Origin: Brevundimonas sp. UBA7534
Lineage (GTDB): Bacteria > Pseudomonadota > Alphaproteobacteria > Caulobacterales > Caulobacteraceae
Direction: 5' to 3'
Assembly (NCBI RefSeq): GCF_002479325.1
Contig: NZ_DLMO01000101.1
Coordinates: 2,414 to 66,413, forward strand
DNA: 64,000 bases
The notes under the pieces: generated by a model
Database searches by the model: none
Seen by the model: only the letters and a program-made list of their open reading frames with translations
Told to the model about the DNA's origin: nothing
Shown here: one piece after another, positions 1-10,713 of the stretch
Position numbering within the stretch: the stretch's first letter is position 1
Layout of the letters: every line of letters begins with the position of its first letter
Position numbers and translations under genes: made by a program

Positions 1-825
1 CACCGTGCGCTGCATGTCGGTGACTTCCTCGGGACGTTCATCGATCAGCAGGACGATCAGCGACACCTCGGGGTGGTTGGCCTCGATCGACTTGGCGATG
101 TTCTGCAGCATCACCGTCTTGCCGACGCGCGGCGGCGCCACGATCAGGCAGCGCTGGCCCTTGCCCAGGGGGGCGACGATGTCGATGACCCGGCCGGAAC
201 GGTCCTTCAGGGTCGGGTCCTGGATTTCCATGTGCAGACGTTCCTCTGGATAGAGGGGCGTCAGGTTGTCGAACAGGACCTTGGTGCGGACCGCCTCGGG
301 GTCCTCGAAATTGATCGTGTCGACCTTGAGCAGGGCGAAGTAGCGTTCGCCTTCCCGCGGGGCGCGCACGGCGCCGTGGACCGTATCACCCGAGCGCAGG
401 CCGAAGCGGCGGATCTGCGAGGGCGAGACATAGATATCGTCCGGACCCGGAAGATAATTGGCGTCCGGGCTGCGCAGGAAGCCAAAGCCGTCGGGCAGGA
501 TCTCCAGCACGCCGTCGGCGATGATCTCCACCTCTTCCTCGGCCAGGGCCTTGAGGATGGCGAACAGCAGGTCCTGCTTGCGCAGGTTGGAGGCGTTCTC
601 GACCTCCAGCTGTTCGGCGAAGGCGACCAGATCGGCCGGCGTCTTCTCGTTCAGCTCAGCCAGGGTGATGCGGCCGGACGGGACAACAGGATCGCCCTCC
701 TCCTCGTCCTCGGCCGTGGTGTCCACGGCGTCGGCGTCGACGGCCTGGTCGGCGGTCACGTCCAGGGCGGTCTCGTCGGACTCGGCCTCGGGGGAATCGG
801 GAGTGGTGTCGCGGACGTCGGTCAT
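1..825 (-). CDS. rho: Transcription termination factor Rho (5' part; runs off window)
   Basis: Manual translation from ATG at 825 gives [32 protein letters not shown]-loop APPRVGKT and [11 protein letters not shown]. Absent from the ORF track because the stop lies outside the window. Confidence 0.97.
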   Translation of the reverse strand, partial: MTDVRDTTPDSPEAESDETALDVTADQAVDADAVDTTAEDEEEGDPVVPSGRITLAELNEKTPADLVAFAEQLEVENASNLRKQDLLFAILKALAEEEVEIIADGVLEILPDGFGFLRSPDANYLPGPDDIYVSPSQIRRFGLRSGDTVHGAVRAPREGERYFALLKVDTINFEDPEAVRTKVLFDNLTPLYPEERLHMEIQDPTLKDRSGRVIDIVAPLGKGQRCLIVAPPRVGKTVMLQNIAKSIEANHPEVSLIVLLIDERPEEVTDMQRTV

Positions 826-1048
826 GATGCAGGCTCGCGGTCGCGCACGCACGAGGGGCCGTGCGGCGGCGGTCGTTCGGGAATGTCTGGCCGTGAGGCC
901 GAAGGGGAGTGCGACGGGCTCCCAGGGCTGTCAAAGCCGAGGGCGTCGCCGAAAGAGAGGGACCGCCCGGCGTCCGGACGGCTCGCCGCCAGCGGAACCA
1001 CAGGCGGCGGCCTAGGTCAAGCGTGGCCTTGAGTCCCCGTCCGCTCGA

Positions 1049-1516
1049 TCAGCCGAAGCGCCACTCGGTCGTGACCGACAGGACCATGACGATGGCCAGC
1101 AGGAAGGGGATCTCGTTGGTCACGCGCCAGAACTTGCCGGAGTGTTTCGACGTCCCGGCGGCGATCCTGCGACGCTGGGCGGCCAGGAAGCCGTGCCAGC
1201 CGCTGAGCAGGAAGACGCCCCCCAGCTTGGTGATCATCCACGGCTCGGCCAGGAAGCTCCAGCCGCGCGCCGCGACGTCGATGTGGATGAGCCACAGGCC
1301 GAAAGCCCAGGCCAGGATCATCGCCGGGTTCAGGATGATCCGCAGCAGCCGGGTCTGCCAGGTCCGCAACAACGCCTGCATCTCGCCGCGCAGCGGTTCA
1401 GGCTTGGCGTTCTGCTCGGCGTCATAGGCGTAGAGGCGCGGCAGGAAGAGCAAGCCCGCCATCCAGGCGATGACGGCCAGGATGTGCAGGCCTCGGGCGA
1501 GATCATAGGCGGTCAT
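1049..1516 (-). CDS. hemJ: Protoporphyrinogen oxidase HemJ (CopD-like membrane protein)
   Basis: LHILAVIAWMAGLLFLPRLYAY ... RVTNEIP. Lies downstream of hemE-hemH with overlapping stop/start. Confidence 0.92.
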   Translation of the reverse strand: MTAYDLARGLHILAVIAWMAGLLFLPRLYAYDAEQNAKPEPLRGEMQALLRTWQTRLLRIILNPAMILAWAFGLWLIHIDVAARGWSFLAEPWMITKLGGVFLLSGWHGFLAAQRRRIAAGTSKHSGKFWRVTNEIPFLLAIVMVLSVTTEWRFG

Positions 1517-2571
1517 GCGGCCCTCCGACAGCGATAGGGACAGGCTCTCCAGTCGGCCTTGCAGCCGGGGCCGAAGGGGGCGACGCCAGTGCGGCCCAGG
1601 GCGTCCGCCACCGCGTCCGCCAACGCCTCGACGAAGGCCGGCCGGGCGCCCACCGCCGGCGCACGCAGATAGGGCGTCACGCCCTCCGCATGGGCCAGTT
1701 CGGCGTATTCGATGTCGAGCTCCACCAAGGTCTCGACGTGTTCGGATACGAAGGCGATGGGGACCACCGCCACGCCAAGTCCGTCGCGGCCCGCCTGTTG
1801 AATGGCCTCGGGCGTCGACGGCCCCAGCCACTTCATCGGCCCGACGCGGCTCTGGTAGCAGATGGCGTGGTCGATCGGTCCGCGCTCGGCCTCGACCGCA
1901 GCGGCCACGGCGGCGACGGTCGTCTCGACCTGTTCCTGATAGGGGTCGCCCTTGCCGCTGACCAGCTTCTCGGGGATGCCGTGGGCCGAGAACAGGACGC
2001 GCACCGGCCGGTCGCCCGCCTGTTCCAGCGCCTGCCCTACCGCGCGGGCCTGGGCGGCGATCCAGCCGCCGGCCTGGGGGTAGCAGCACACCGCCCGGCT
2101 GACGCCCGGCCCGGCGTAGGTCTCGTTCCACAGCTTCAGCGACGACTGGGTCGTGGTCGTCGAATATTGCGGATAGAGCGGCAGCAGAACGATCTCGTCC
2201 GGGGCGAAGGCCGCGACCTGGGCGGCCGTCTCGGCCGTCAACGGGTGCCAGTAGCGCATAGCGATGAAGACGCGCGCCTGGTCGCCCGCCAGCCGGTCGG
2301 ACAGCACGGCCTGAAGCGCCTCGGCCTGGGCCTGGGTCTCGGGCAGCAGGGGCGAGCCGCCCCCCATCAGCCGATAGTTAGCCTGGGCCGTCGCCTCGCG
2401 CCGGCTGGAGATCAGACGCGCCAGGGGCGTGCGCAAGAAACCCGGCAGGCCGATGATGGCCGGATCGTTGAACAGGTTGAACAGGAAGGGTCTGACCGCG
2501 GCCTGGTCGTCCGGCCCGCCGAGATTGAACAGCACCACCGCGATGCGACGTCCCGAGCTCGCCGCGGTCAT
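1513..2571 (-). CDS. hemH: Ferrochelatase
   Basis: VLFNLGGP, MRYWHP, LPLYPQYS, FSAHG, YQSRVGP, FVSEHVETLVELD (C-terminal part of the 702-aa track ORF). Confidence 0.96.
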   Translation of the reverse strand: MTAASSGRRIAVVLFNLGGPDDQAAVRPFLFNLFNDPAIIGLPGFLRTPLARLISSRREATAQANYRLMGGGSPLLPETQAQAEALQAVLSDRLAGDQARVFIAMRYWHPLTAETAAQVAAFAPDEIVLLPLYPQYSTTTTQSSLKLWNETYAGPGVSRAVCCYPQAGGWIAAQARAVGQALEQAGDRPVRVLFSAHGIPEKLVSGKGDPYQEQVETTVAAVAAAVEAERGPIDHAICYQSRVGPMKWLGPSTPEAIQQAGRDGLGVAVVPIAFVSEHVETLVELDIEYAELAHAEGVTPYLRAPAVGARPAFVEALADAVADALGRTGVAPFGPGCKADWRACPYRCRRAA

Positions 2572-3602
2572 TGGGCGCCGATCCGCTTCAGCACCCGCTC
2601 GACATGGTCGATCGGCACGTCCGGCAGGATGCCGTGGCCCAGGTTGAAGACCCACGGCCCCTGCCCCCAGGCCTCCATCAGCTGGTCGACGCGCCGGTCC
2701 AACGCCTCGCCGCCGGCGCGCAGCAGCAGGGGGTCCAGCGCGCCCTGGATCGGCTTGATCGCTTGCACGCGCTTTCCGACCTCCAGCGGGCAGGCGGTGT
2801 CCAGGGCCACGGCGTCCACCGCCACCTCGGCGGCGTAGCGCTCGGCCAGGGCGGCAGAACCGCGCGGGAAGCCGATCAGGGGCACGGTCACGCCCAGCTC
2901 GCGCACACGCTTCACCAGGGCCTGGTGCGGCCTCAGCACCAGACGTTCGAACAGATCGTCGGGCAGGCCCTCGGCCCAACTCTCGAAGATCTTGAGGACC
3001 TGGGCGCCGCTGTCGGCCTGCATCTTCAGATAGCGGGCGCTGGCCTCGACCAGGACCTCCAGCACCGCATCGACCTTGGCGGGCTCGGCGTAGGCGTAGG
3101 TGCGGGCCTGGGCGCGCTCGCCCTTGCCGATGGTGCGGTGTTCGCCGTCCAGCATATAGGTCGCCACCGTCCAGGGCGCCCCGCAGAAGCCGATCAGGGC
3201 GCGTTCCGGCTCCAGCGCCTTGCGCACCAGGGCCAGGGTCTCGCCGACCGGATGCAGATGCTCGCCCGCCGCCGGGGCCAGTTCGCGCATCCGACCCACC
3301 GCCGGCAGTTCGCCCAGACGCGGCCCCTCGCCCGTCTCGAACCAGACGTCCTGGCCCAGGGCGCGCGGGATCAGCAGGATGTCCGCGAAGACGATGGCCG
3401 CATCGAACCCGAACCGGCGCATTGGCTGCAGCGTCGCTTCGGCCGCCATCTCGGGGTTCAGGCAGAAGGCGATGAAGTCCGGCGCCTCGGCCCGCAGGCG
3501 GCGATACTCGGGCAGATAACGGCCTGCCTGGCGCATGAACCAGACCGGGGGCCGGTCCGACGTCTCTCCTCGGAGAGCCTTGATGAGGGCGGGCGTGGTC
3601 AT
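2568..3602 (-). CDS. hemE: Uroporphyrinogen decarboxylase
   Basis: PVWFMRQAGRYLPEY, IVFADIL, FNLGHGI. Confidence 0.97.
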   Translation of the reverse strand: MTTPALIKALRGETSDRPPVWFMRQAGRYLPEYRRLRAEAPDFIAFCLNPEMAAEATLQPMRRFGFDAAIVFADILLIPRALGQDVWFETGEGPRLGELPAVGRMRELAPAAGEHLHPVGETLALVRKALEPERALIGFCGAPWTVATYMLDGEHRTIGKGERAQARTYAYAEPAKVDAVLEVLVEASARYLKMQADSGAQVLKIFESWAEGLPDDLFERLVLRPHQALVKRVRELGVTVPLIGFPRGSAALAERYAAEVAVDAVALDTACPLEVGKRVQAIKPIQGALDPLLLRAGGEALDRRVDQLMEAWGQGPWVFNLGHGILPDVPIDHVERVLKRIGAQ

Positions 3603-4042
3603 GCCGGACGATTAAGGTCACAGCCCCCCGCTCTCAATCCCTAATCAGATTAAGAATTAAAAGATTCGTAGAGGCAGGTAGGGCGGTGGAAAGCCGGGGA
3701 TGACCGGACCGCCGTCCCCGGAACAAAAGCGGATATCCACGTCGCCGGGCGCGGGGCGCCCCCATCATCCCGACGGGTGTCGACGCGGTGGACAATCCCT
3801 AACGAGACCTTAACGAGCAAGGGTTCGCGGGGCTGGGAGGCTGTGAACGCGGTTAAGGGCGGTTAACCCCTCGTTAGTATTTTCCACAAGACGGGATGGA
3901 TCGGTTTCCCGCCGCTGGACGACTCCGCCCCGGGCGCCAGCGGTCGCCCACCGTCATCCCCGCTCGCCCGCGCATTCGCCAGACGCTATGGAGAAGCGTC
4001 CCGCCGCGCCCACCGCCTGTCCACAGGGAGTGAACCGATCGC
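3603..4042. other. Chromosomal replication origin (Caulobacter Cori-type)
   Basis: Intergenic between hemE and DUF299. AT-rich patch 3641-3667. CtrA-like boxes CTAA-N7-TTAA (3799-3813) and TTAA-N7-TTAG (3863-3877). DnaA-like boxes TTTTCCACA (3880-3888) and CTGTCCACA (4017-4025). GANTC sites at 3663 and 3921. Confidence 0.88.
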
Positions 4043-4903
4043 ATGAGCCCTTCCCGCGCCCACCGTCTGGCGACCTACTTCCACGTCCACTTGGTGTCGG
4101 ATTCGACCGGCGAGACGCTGAACGCCATGGCCAAGGCGGTGACGGCCCGTTTCGACGGGGTGATACCGATCGAACACATCTACGCCCTGGTCCGCTCGTC
4201 CAAGCAGATGGATCGGGTGCTGGAGGAGATCGAGGCGGCGCCTGGCGTGGTGCTGCACACCCTGGTCGATCGCGACCTGCGCGAACAACTGGAAGACGGC
4301 TGCCGTCGGCTGGACATGCCGCAGATCGGGGCGCTGGACCCGTTGGTGGGGGCACTGTCGCGTTATCTGGGGGCCGCGCTGTCGACCCGCGTGGGCGCCC
4401 AGCACGCGCTGGACCACGATTATTTCAACCGCATCGCGGCGCTGGACTTCGCCATGGCCTATGACGACGGCCAGGGCACGCTGGATCAGCTGGAAGGCGC
4501 CGACGTGGTGCTGTGCGGGGTCAGCCGCACCTCCAAGACGCCGACCTGCATCTATCTGGCGCACCGCGGCATCCGCGCGGCCAATGTGCCGCTGGTGCCG
4601 GGCCAGGAGGACGGCGAGCGCCTGACCAGGCTGAAGAACCCGCTGGTGATCGGCCTGACCGTGTCGCCCGACCGTCTGGTGCAGATAAGGCGCAACCGCA
4701 TCGACAGCCTGAACGCCAACCAGTCCTCCACCTACACCGACCAGGACGCCGTGCGCGACGAGACGATCAAGGCGCGGCGTGCCTTCGAGCGGCGCGGCTG
4801 GCCGACCATCGACGTCACCCGCCGCTCGGTCGAGGAGACGGCGGCGGCCATCGTCAACCTGCTGAGCGAACGCCGGACCCACCGGGTGGGAGCGGCCTGG
4901 TGA
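4043..4903 (+). CDS. Pyruvate phosphate/water dikinase regulatory protein (DUF299 kinase/pyrophosphorylase)
   Basis: HLVSDSTGET, GVSRTSKTP, AANVPLV, IDVTRRSVEETA. Confidence 0.93.
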   Translation: MSPSRAHRLATYFHVHLVSDSTGETLNAMAKAVTARFDGVIPIEHIYALVRSSKQMDRVLEEIEAAPGVVLHTLVDRDLREQLEDGCRRLDMPQIGALDPLVGALSRYLGAALSTRVGAQHALDHDYFNRIAALDFAMAYDDGQGTLDQLEGADVVLCGVSRTSKTPTCIYLAHRGIRAANVPLVPGQEDGERLTRLKNPLVIGLTVSPDRLVQIRRNRIDSLNANQSSTYTDQDAVRDETIKARRAFERRGWPTIDVTRRSVEETAAAIVNLLSERRTHRVGAAW

Positions 4904-5496
4904 ACGGCGAACGCCTGATCCTGGCCTCAAAGAGCGCCGCGCGCCGGTCCATGCTGGAGAACGCCGGCGTGGCCTTCGAGGCGCGCACGGCCGATGTGGA
5001 CGAGGCGGCGATCAAGGCCGTCTCGACCGACCTGGATCCTGTCGCCCTGGCGGTTCGCCTGGCCGAAGCCAAGGCCCTGGCGGTGTCGCGCGACGACGCC
5101 GAGGCGTGGGTGCTGGGCTCGGACCAGACCCTGGCTTTCGACGGCGGCCTGGTGTCCAAGGCGGTGTCGATGGCGGCGGCGCGGGATCGGCTGACGGCGA
5201 TGCGCGGCCGGACCCATACGCTGCACTCCGGCGCGGCCCTGGCGACGAAGGGCGAAATCGTCTGGTCCGGCGCCGACACGGCGCGGATGAAGATGCGCGA
5301 CTTCTCCGACGCCTTCCTGGACGCCTATCTGCAGGCGGAGGGCGAGGCCGTGCTGTCCTGCGTCGGGTCCTATCGGCTGGAAGGGTTGGGATCGCAGCTG
5401 TTCGAGGCGGTGGAGGGCGACTTCTTCACCGTCCTGGGCCTGCCGCTGTGGCCGGTGCTGGCCGAGCTGCGCCGGGCCGGAGCGATCGCCTCGTGA
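4900..5496 (+). CDS. maf: Maf family nucleotide pyrophosphatase
   Basis: [30 protein letters not shown] start overlaps the upstream stop. Confidence 0.9.
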   Translation: MNGERLILASKSAARRSMLENAGVAFEARTADVDEAAIKAVSTDLDPVALAVRLAEAKALAVSRDDAEAWVLGSDQTLAFDGGLVSKAVSMAAARDRLTAMRGRTHTLHSGAALATKGEIVWSGADTARMKMRDFSDAFLDAYLQAEGEAVLSCVGSYRLEGLGSQLFEAVEGDFFTVLGLPLWPVLAELRRAGAIAS

Positions 5497-6323
5497 GCGC
5501 GGGCCGCATCACCGGCGCGGCCGTGACGGGGGGGATCGCCGGCAATCCGGTGGCCCATTCGCTGAGTCCGATCATCCACAACGCCTGGCTGGAGGCCGGC
5601 GGGATCGACGCCGCCTATCTGCCGTTCGCGCCGCGCGACGCGGCCGGTTTCGATGCCCTGGTCGCAGCCGGCCGGGCCGGACTGCTGGCCGGACTGAACG
5701 TCACGGCCCCCTTCAAGGAGCAGGCCTTCGCCCTGGCCGACGAGGCGACGGCGGCGGCGCGGCTGACGCGGTCGGCCAACATCCTGCGCTTCGTCGAAGG
5801 GCGGGTCCTGGCGGACAGCTCGGACGGGATCGGCCTGATGCGGGGCCTGGCCGAACAGGCGCCGGGTCTGGACCTGGCCGGCCGTGCGGTGGTGCTGCTG
5901 GGGGCGGGCGGCGCGGCGCGGGCCGGGGCGGGCGCCCTGGTCGAGGCGGGCGCCGAGGTCCGCATCGTCAATCGGTCGCGCGACCGGGCGGCGGCGCTGG
6001 CGGCCGACCTGGGACCGGCGGTGCGGGTCATGGCGGGCGAAGCGGCGGCCGAGGGCGCGGCCCTGGTCGTCAACGCCCTGAGCGTCCCGCCCGAGTTCGA
6101 CCTGTCGCGGCTGCCGGCCGAGGCGGTGGTCATGGACATGACCTACAAGCCGCTGGACACCGCCTTCCTGAAGGCGGCGCGGGCGCGGGATCTGGCCACG
6201 GTGGACGGCCTGTCGATGCTGATCGGCCAGGCGGCGCCGTCGTTCGAGGCCATCTTCGGCCGGGCGCCGCCGCCCCTGGACCTGCGCGCCCTGCTGACGG
6301 CGCATCTGGAGGCGGGGGCGTGA
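5493..6323 (+). CDS. aroE: Shikimate dehydrogenase
   Basis: [39 protein letters not shown]. Confidence 0.93.
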   Translation: MSAGRITGAAVTGGIAGNPVAHSLSPIIHNAWLEAGGIDAAYLPFAPRDAAGFDALVAAGRAGLLAGLNVTAPFKEQAFALADEATAAARLTRSANILRFVEGRVLADSSDGIGLMRGLAEQAPGLDLAGRAVVLLGAGGAARAGAGALVEAGAEVRIVNRSRDRAAALAADLGPAVRVMAGEAAAEGAALVVNALSVPPEFDLSRLPAEAVVMDMTYKPLDTAFLKAARARDLATVDGLSMLIGQAAPSFEAIFGRAPPPLDLRALLTAHLEAGA

Positions 6324-6970
6324 TCCTGCTGGGCCTGACCGGCTCCATCGGCATGGGCAAGTCGACGACGACGGCCATGTTCGCCGAACTGGGCGCGGTG
6401 GTGTGGAACGCCGACGACGCCGTGCACCGCCTCTACGCCCGGGGCGGGGCCGCCGTCGGCCCGGTGGGCGAGGCCTTTCCCGGCTCGGTCGTGGACGGAG
6501 CGGTCGACCGCACCCGCCTGGCCGAGATCCTGGGCCAGGACGACCGGGCCTTTCGCCGGCTGGAGGTCATCGTCCACCCCTTGGTCGCCCAGGGGCGGAT
6601 GGCGGACCTGGAGGCGGCGCGGGCGGCAGGCGTGAAGCTGGCGGTGTTGGACATTCCCTTGTTGTTCGAGACCGGCGGCGACCGGGCTGTGGACGCGGTG
6701 GTGGTCGTCACCGCCGATCCGGAGATCCAGGCCGAGCGGGTCCTGGCCCGGCCCGGCATGACCCGCGAACGGTTCGAGGCCATCCTGGCGCGCCAGACGC
6801 CCGATGCGGAGAAGCGCGCCCGCGCCGACTTCCTCATCGATACCGGCCGGGGGCTGGAGGCCGCGCGCGTGGAGGTCGAGGCCATCGTCGAAACCGTGCT
6901 GGATCCGGCGTGGATATCTGCCCGAGGCGGCCGGGGCGCCCTTTCGGAAGCGGGCGAAACGCCCCATTAA
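6320..6970 (+). CDS. coaE: Dephospho-CoA kinase
   Basis: [25 protein letters not shown]. Confidence 0.95.
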   Translation: MILLGLTGSIGMGKSTTTAMFAELGAVVWNADDAVHRLYARGGAAVGPVGEAFPGSVVDGAVDRTRLAEILGQDDRAFRRLEVIVHPLVAQGRMADLEAARAAGVKLAVLDIPLLFETGGDRAVDAVVVVTADPEIQAERVLARPGMTRERFEAILARQTPDAEKRARADFLIDTGRGLEAARVEVEAIVETVLDPAWISARGGRGALSEAGETPH

Positions 6971-6976
6971 GGGCCC

Positions 6977-7699
6977 ATGGCCCGCGAAATCGTCCTGGAT
7001 ACGGAAACCACCGGCTTCGACCCGAGGACGGGCGACCGGCTGATCGAGGTGGGCTGCATCGAACTGGTCGACCTGCTGCCGACCGGTCGAACCTTCCATC
7101 GCTTCGTAAACCCCGAACGGCTGATCCCGCCCGACGCCATCCGCGTTCACGGCATCACCGACGAGAAGGTCAGGGACGCGCCCAAGTTCCACGAGGTGGT
7201 CGACGACCTGATGGACTTCATCGGCGACGCCCAGATGATCGCCCACAACGCGGCTTTCGACCGGAACTTCATCGACTTCGAATACAATCGCTGCGGCCGG
7301 GCGATCACCGGCGAGGCGCGCTGGATCGACACGCTGCAGTTGGCTCAGAAGCGGTTTCCGGGGATGCCGAACTCGCTGGACGCCCTGTGCAAGCGGTTCA
7401 AGATCTCGCTGGTCGAACGCACCCTGCACGGCGCCTTGATCGACGCCCGCCTGCTGGCCGAAGTCTATCTGGAGCTGAAGGGCGGCAAGGAGCGTGTGCT
7501 GGACCTGACCTCGGCGCGGCCCGGATCGGCCGGGGCGGCGGTCGTGGCCGCGACCCATGCCGCGCGTCCCCGTCCGCTGGCCCCGCGTTCCACCCCCGAG
7601 GAACGCGCGGCGCACCTGGCCTTTCTGAAGGCCAATCTGAAGGACCACAGCCTGTGGGCCGCCCAGGGCGTCATCCTGCCCCAGGAAGAGGCGGCCTAA
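6977..7699 (+). CDS. dnaQ: DNA polymerase III epsilon subunit
   Basis: VLDTETTG, AHNAAFD, SLDALC, LHGALIDA. Confidence 0.96.
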   Translation: MAREIVLDTETTGFDPRTGDRLIEVGCIELVDLLPTGRTFHRFVNPERLIPPDAIRVHGITDEKVRDAPKFHEVVDDLMDFIGDAQMIAHNAAFDRNFIDFEYNRCGRAITGEARWIDTLQLAQKRFPGMPNSLDALCKRFKISLVERTLHGALIDARLLAEVYLELKGGKERVLDLTSARPGSAGAAVVAATHAARPRPLAPRSTPEERAAHLAFLKANLKDHSLWAAQGVILPQEEAA

Positions 7700-7710
7700 G
7701 GGACCTGATC

Positions 7711-7737
7711 CTCTCCCTCCCCAGTGAGGAGGGAGAG
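7711..7737. repeat. Inverted repeat between convergent dnaQ and secB (terminator or short palindromic repeat)
   Basis: CTCTCCCTCC-N7-GGAGGGAGAG, a perfect 10-bp stem. Confidence 0.55.
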
Positions 7738-7754
7738 TTCCTAGCTTGCCTGGC

Positions 7755-8282
7755 TTACGCCTGGCCGGTCTCGACCGGCTGCTGGGCGATCTGTTGCTGG
7801 CGCGCGACATAGATGGCGGCGAAGTCGATCGGGTCCAGCATGAAGGGCGGATAGAAGCCGCCGTCGGCCGTGGCGCGGCTGATGATCTCACGCGCATAGG
7901 GGAACAGGTAGCGCGGGCATTCGATCAGCAGCAACGGCTCGATGTCGCGCTCCTGAACGTTGGCCAGCTGGAACAGGCCGCCATAGACCAGTTCGACGTG
8001 GAAGACCGGCTTGTCCTCGTGCGCGGCCTTGACCGACAGCTTCAGCTCCAGCTCGAACAGGCCGTCCGGACGGCCTTGGGCGGCCATCTCGACGCCCAGG
8101 TCGATGCCGGGCTTGCCGTCGATGCGCAGCGATTCCGGGGCGCGCGGGTTCTCGAACGACAGGTCCTTGACGTACTGGGCCAGGATGCGGAAGCCGGGGC
8201 CCGCGGCCTGGCCTTGTTGCGGTTGCCCGTCCTGGGGCGCGGCGCCGATGGGGGTGTCGGCGGGCGGAGCGGCGTCGGTCAT
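7755..8282 (-). CDS. secB: Protein-export chaperone SecB
   Basis: [32 protein letters not shown]. Confidence 0.95.
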   Translation of the reverse strand: MTDAAPPADTPIGAAPQDGQPQQGQAAGPGFRILAQYVKDLSFENPRAPESLRIDGKPGIDLGVEMAAQGRPDGLFELELKLSVKAAHEDKPVFHVELVYGGLFQLANVQERDIEPLLLIECPRYLFPYAREIISRATADGGFYPPFMLDPIDFAAIYVARQQQIAQQPVETGQA

Positions 8283-8460
8283 GAAACGAAATCTTGGCAG
8301 GGGCGCCCGATTGGGCCGGGAATGAGGCGGGGCGGATACCACGCCGGGACGCTTGGCCGCAACGTCGGTCGACCGCGAAGGGGCGCGCTTCGCCTTGCTT
8401 CGCCCTATATCACCCCGTAATCGTCACGGGCGCCCGTCGCCCGCCTACAGGAATCCCGCC

Positions 8461-9105
8461 TTGAACTTTCCGGTCCAGTTCCAGATCGTGGTCTTCGCCG
8501 TCATTGCGGCCATCGTCCTGTTCCAGCTCTACAATGTGCTGGGCAAGCGCGTCGGCCGCCAGCCGCAGGAGGATGCGCGCGCCAATCCCCAGGTCGGGCC
8601 GACGCCCGAACCGGCCAAGCTGTCGCCTGTCGACGCCGCCGTCATGGCCTCGATCGCCGGCCTGAAGGCGCGCGATCCCGGCTTCGACCCGACCCGTTTC
8701 GTCGAGGGCGCCCGCCAAGCCTATGAAACCATCGTCCAGGGGTACGCCGCGGGCGACCGAGCAGCGCTGAAACCGCTGCTGACGCCTACGGTGATGAGCT
8801 CTTTCGAGGCCGGCATCGCCGCGCGCGAACAACGCGGCGAGACCGAGGCGGTGGAGTTCCTGTTCCCGCCACGCGCCGACCTGGAGGGCGCCACCGCCGA
8901 GGGCGACAAGGCCGTGGCCAAGGTCCGCTTCCTGGCCGAACTGCGCAGCCGCGTGACCAAGGCGGACGGCTCCAGCGCCGATTCCACGACCGGGGAGCCT
9001 CTGGTGGAGGAGCGCCGCACGGCCGAACACTGGACCTTCGAGCGCAGCCTGGGCGCGTCGGACCCGAATTGGGTCCTGGCGCGGGTCGAGCCGGCCACGG
9101 CCTGA
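8461..9105 (+). CDS. timA: Tim44/TimA family adaptor protein (start uncertain; TTG assumed)
   Basis: N-terminal TM helix followed by VLGKRVG, DPGFDPTRFVEGARQAY, WTFER..DPNWVL. Syntenic secB-timA-mltA. Confidence 0.85.
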   Translation: MNFPVQFQIVVFAVIAAIVLFQLYNVLGKRVGRQPQEDARANPQVGPTPEPAKLSPVDAAVMASIAGLKARDPGFDPTRFVEGARQAYETIVQGYAAGDRAALKPLLTPTVMSSFEAGIAAREQRGETEAVEFLFPPRADLEGATAEGDKAVAKVRFLAELRSRVTKADGSSADSTTGEPLVEERRTAEHWTFERSLGASDPNWVLARVEPATA

Positions 9106-9109
9106 GCCG

Positions 9110-10243
9110 ATGACGGCCGCGACCGTCTCTCCGTCCTTCCGCCTTCCCCGCCCGGCGGTCGTCCTGGCCCTGGCCGGGCTGACCCTGGCGGCCTGCGTCA
9201 CCCGGCCCGCCGCCGTTCCGACGCCGGGGACCTCGCCGGCGCCGACGTCGCCCGTCCGCCCTGGCCCATCGACGTCGCCGGCAGCGCCCCTGCCGGTCGG
9301 GGCCAGCCCCGCCTCTCTGCCCGGCTGGGGCGACGAAGATCATCTTGCGGCCTTTGAAGCCTATGTCGCCGGCTGCGGCGCGGCGCGCGACCCAGCCGGC
9401 CGTTCGGTCTGCGCCGAGGCCCGCCGCCTGGCCGAACGCCGGGTCAGCCCGTCGGACGCCCGGACCTTCTTCGAGACCCGCTTCTTCGTGTCGCCGGCCG
9501 AAACCTCGGACGGCCGGCCGGGCCTGCTGACGTCGTATTTCGCGCCTGAGTACGCCGCGCGTCACCGACCCGACGGGGAGTTCGACGCCCCCGTCCTGGC
9601 CGCCCCGGCCCGGCCGCGATCGGCCGGCAGCCGCACGAACATCGAGGCGCGCGCCCGACCGGAAGAGGCCTTGGCGTGGATGCGGGCCGAGGACCTGTTC
9701 TTCCTGCAGATCCAGGGCTCGGGCTATCTGACGTTCGAGGACGGGACCAAGGCGCGGGCCGCCTACGCCGCCGACAACGGGGAAACCTTCGTCGGCATCG
9801 CCCGGCCGATGGCCGAGCGCGGCCTTTTGCCCCGCAACGGCACCTCGGGCGACGCCATCCGCGCCTGGCTGGCCGATCATCGCGGCGCCGAGGCGCGGGC
9901 GGTGATGGCGCTGAACCCGCGCTACATCTTCTTTCGCCTGGACCCGGATGACGGCGGCGACCCGGCGGGGGCGGCGGGCGTGCCGCTGACGGCGCGGCGC
10001 GCCATCGCCGTCGATCCGGCCAACTGGCGCTACGGCGAACTGGCCTGGGTGGAGGCCGACGGCGGCAACCTGCGCGGGGCCAGCGCCAGCTATCGCGGCC
10101 TGGTGATGGCGTTGGACACCGGCTCGGCCATCAAGGGGCCGGTCAGGGCCGACCTCTACATGGGTCGGGGCGACGTCGCCGGCGTCGAGGCGGGCACGGT
10201 GCGCCACCCCTTGCGGATGTGGCGGCTGACGCCGAAAGGCTGA
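9110..10243 (+). CDS. mltA: Lytic murein transglycosylase A (lipoprotein)
   Basis: Lipobox LAAC, FFLQIQGSG, NPRYIFF, AVDP, DTGSAIKG..RADLYMG (3D domain). Confidence 0.92.
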   Translation: MTAATVSPSFRLPRPAVVLALAGLTLAACVTRPAAVPTPGTSPAPTSPVRPGPSTSPAAPLPVGASPASLPGWGDEDHLAAFEAYVAGCGAARDPAGRSVCAEARRLAERRVSPSDARTFFETRFFVSPAETSDGRPGLLTSYFAPEYAARHRPDGEFDAPVLAAPARPRSAGSRTNIEARARPEEALAWMRAEDLFFLQIQGSGYLTFEDGTKARAAYAADNGETFVGIARPMAERGLLPRNGTSGDAIRAWLADHRGAEARAVMALNPRYIFFRLDPDDGGDPAGAAGVPLTARRAIAVDPANWRYGELAWVEADGGNLRGASASYRGLVMALDTGSAIKGPVRADLYMGRGDVAGVEAGTVRHPLRMWRLTPKG

Positions 10244-10245
10244 CC

Positions 10246-10713
10246 TTAGGCCAGGTCCTCGATCTCGGCTTCGGTCAGTTCGCCGGGGACGATGGTGACG
10301 GGCAGTTTGCGGCCGCCCAGCTGGGCGCCGTGCTTGATGATGGCCTGGACCAGGGGGCCCGGCCCGCGTGAACCGCTTCCGGCCGCCAGGACCAGGATCT
10401 TGATCTCCGGATCGTCCCCGACGACCTTCTTGATGGCGGCCGGCGCCTCGCCGAACTCGATCAGGAAGACGGGCGCCGCGCCGGAGCGGTCGGCCGCCTC
10501 TGCGGCAACGCGGTTCAGCAGGGCCTCCGCCTCCTCGCGCTGCTGACGCTCGATCTCCTCGCGCGCGCCGGACCAGTGGGCGTCGGTATTGGGCGGGATG
10601 ACGCGCAGCAGGACCACGCGCCCGCCGGTCGAGCGCGCCCGGCGGCTGGCGAAGCGCAGGGCGGCGTCGAACTCGGGACTGTCGTCGACGACGACCAGGA
10701 ATTTTCTCGGCAT
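10246..10713 (-). CDS. Universal stress protein
   Basis: RKFLVVVDDSPE, ILVLAA..GPGPLV, PVTIVPG. Confidence 0.85.
   Translation of the reverse strand: MPRKFLVVVDDSPEFDAALRFASRRARSTGGRVVLLRVIPPNTDAHWSGAREEIERQQREEAEALLNRVAAEAADRSGAAPVFLIEFGEAPAAIKKVVGDDPEIKILVLAAGSGSRGPGPLVQAIIKHGAQLGGRKLPVTIVPGELTEAEIEDLA

Noticed and set aside
1513..3621. 702-aa ORF suggesting a HemE-HemH fusion
   Set aside because: The N-terminal half is an out-of-frame overlap of hemE. hemH starts at 2571 with a standard ATGA overlap.
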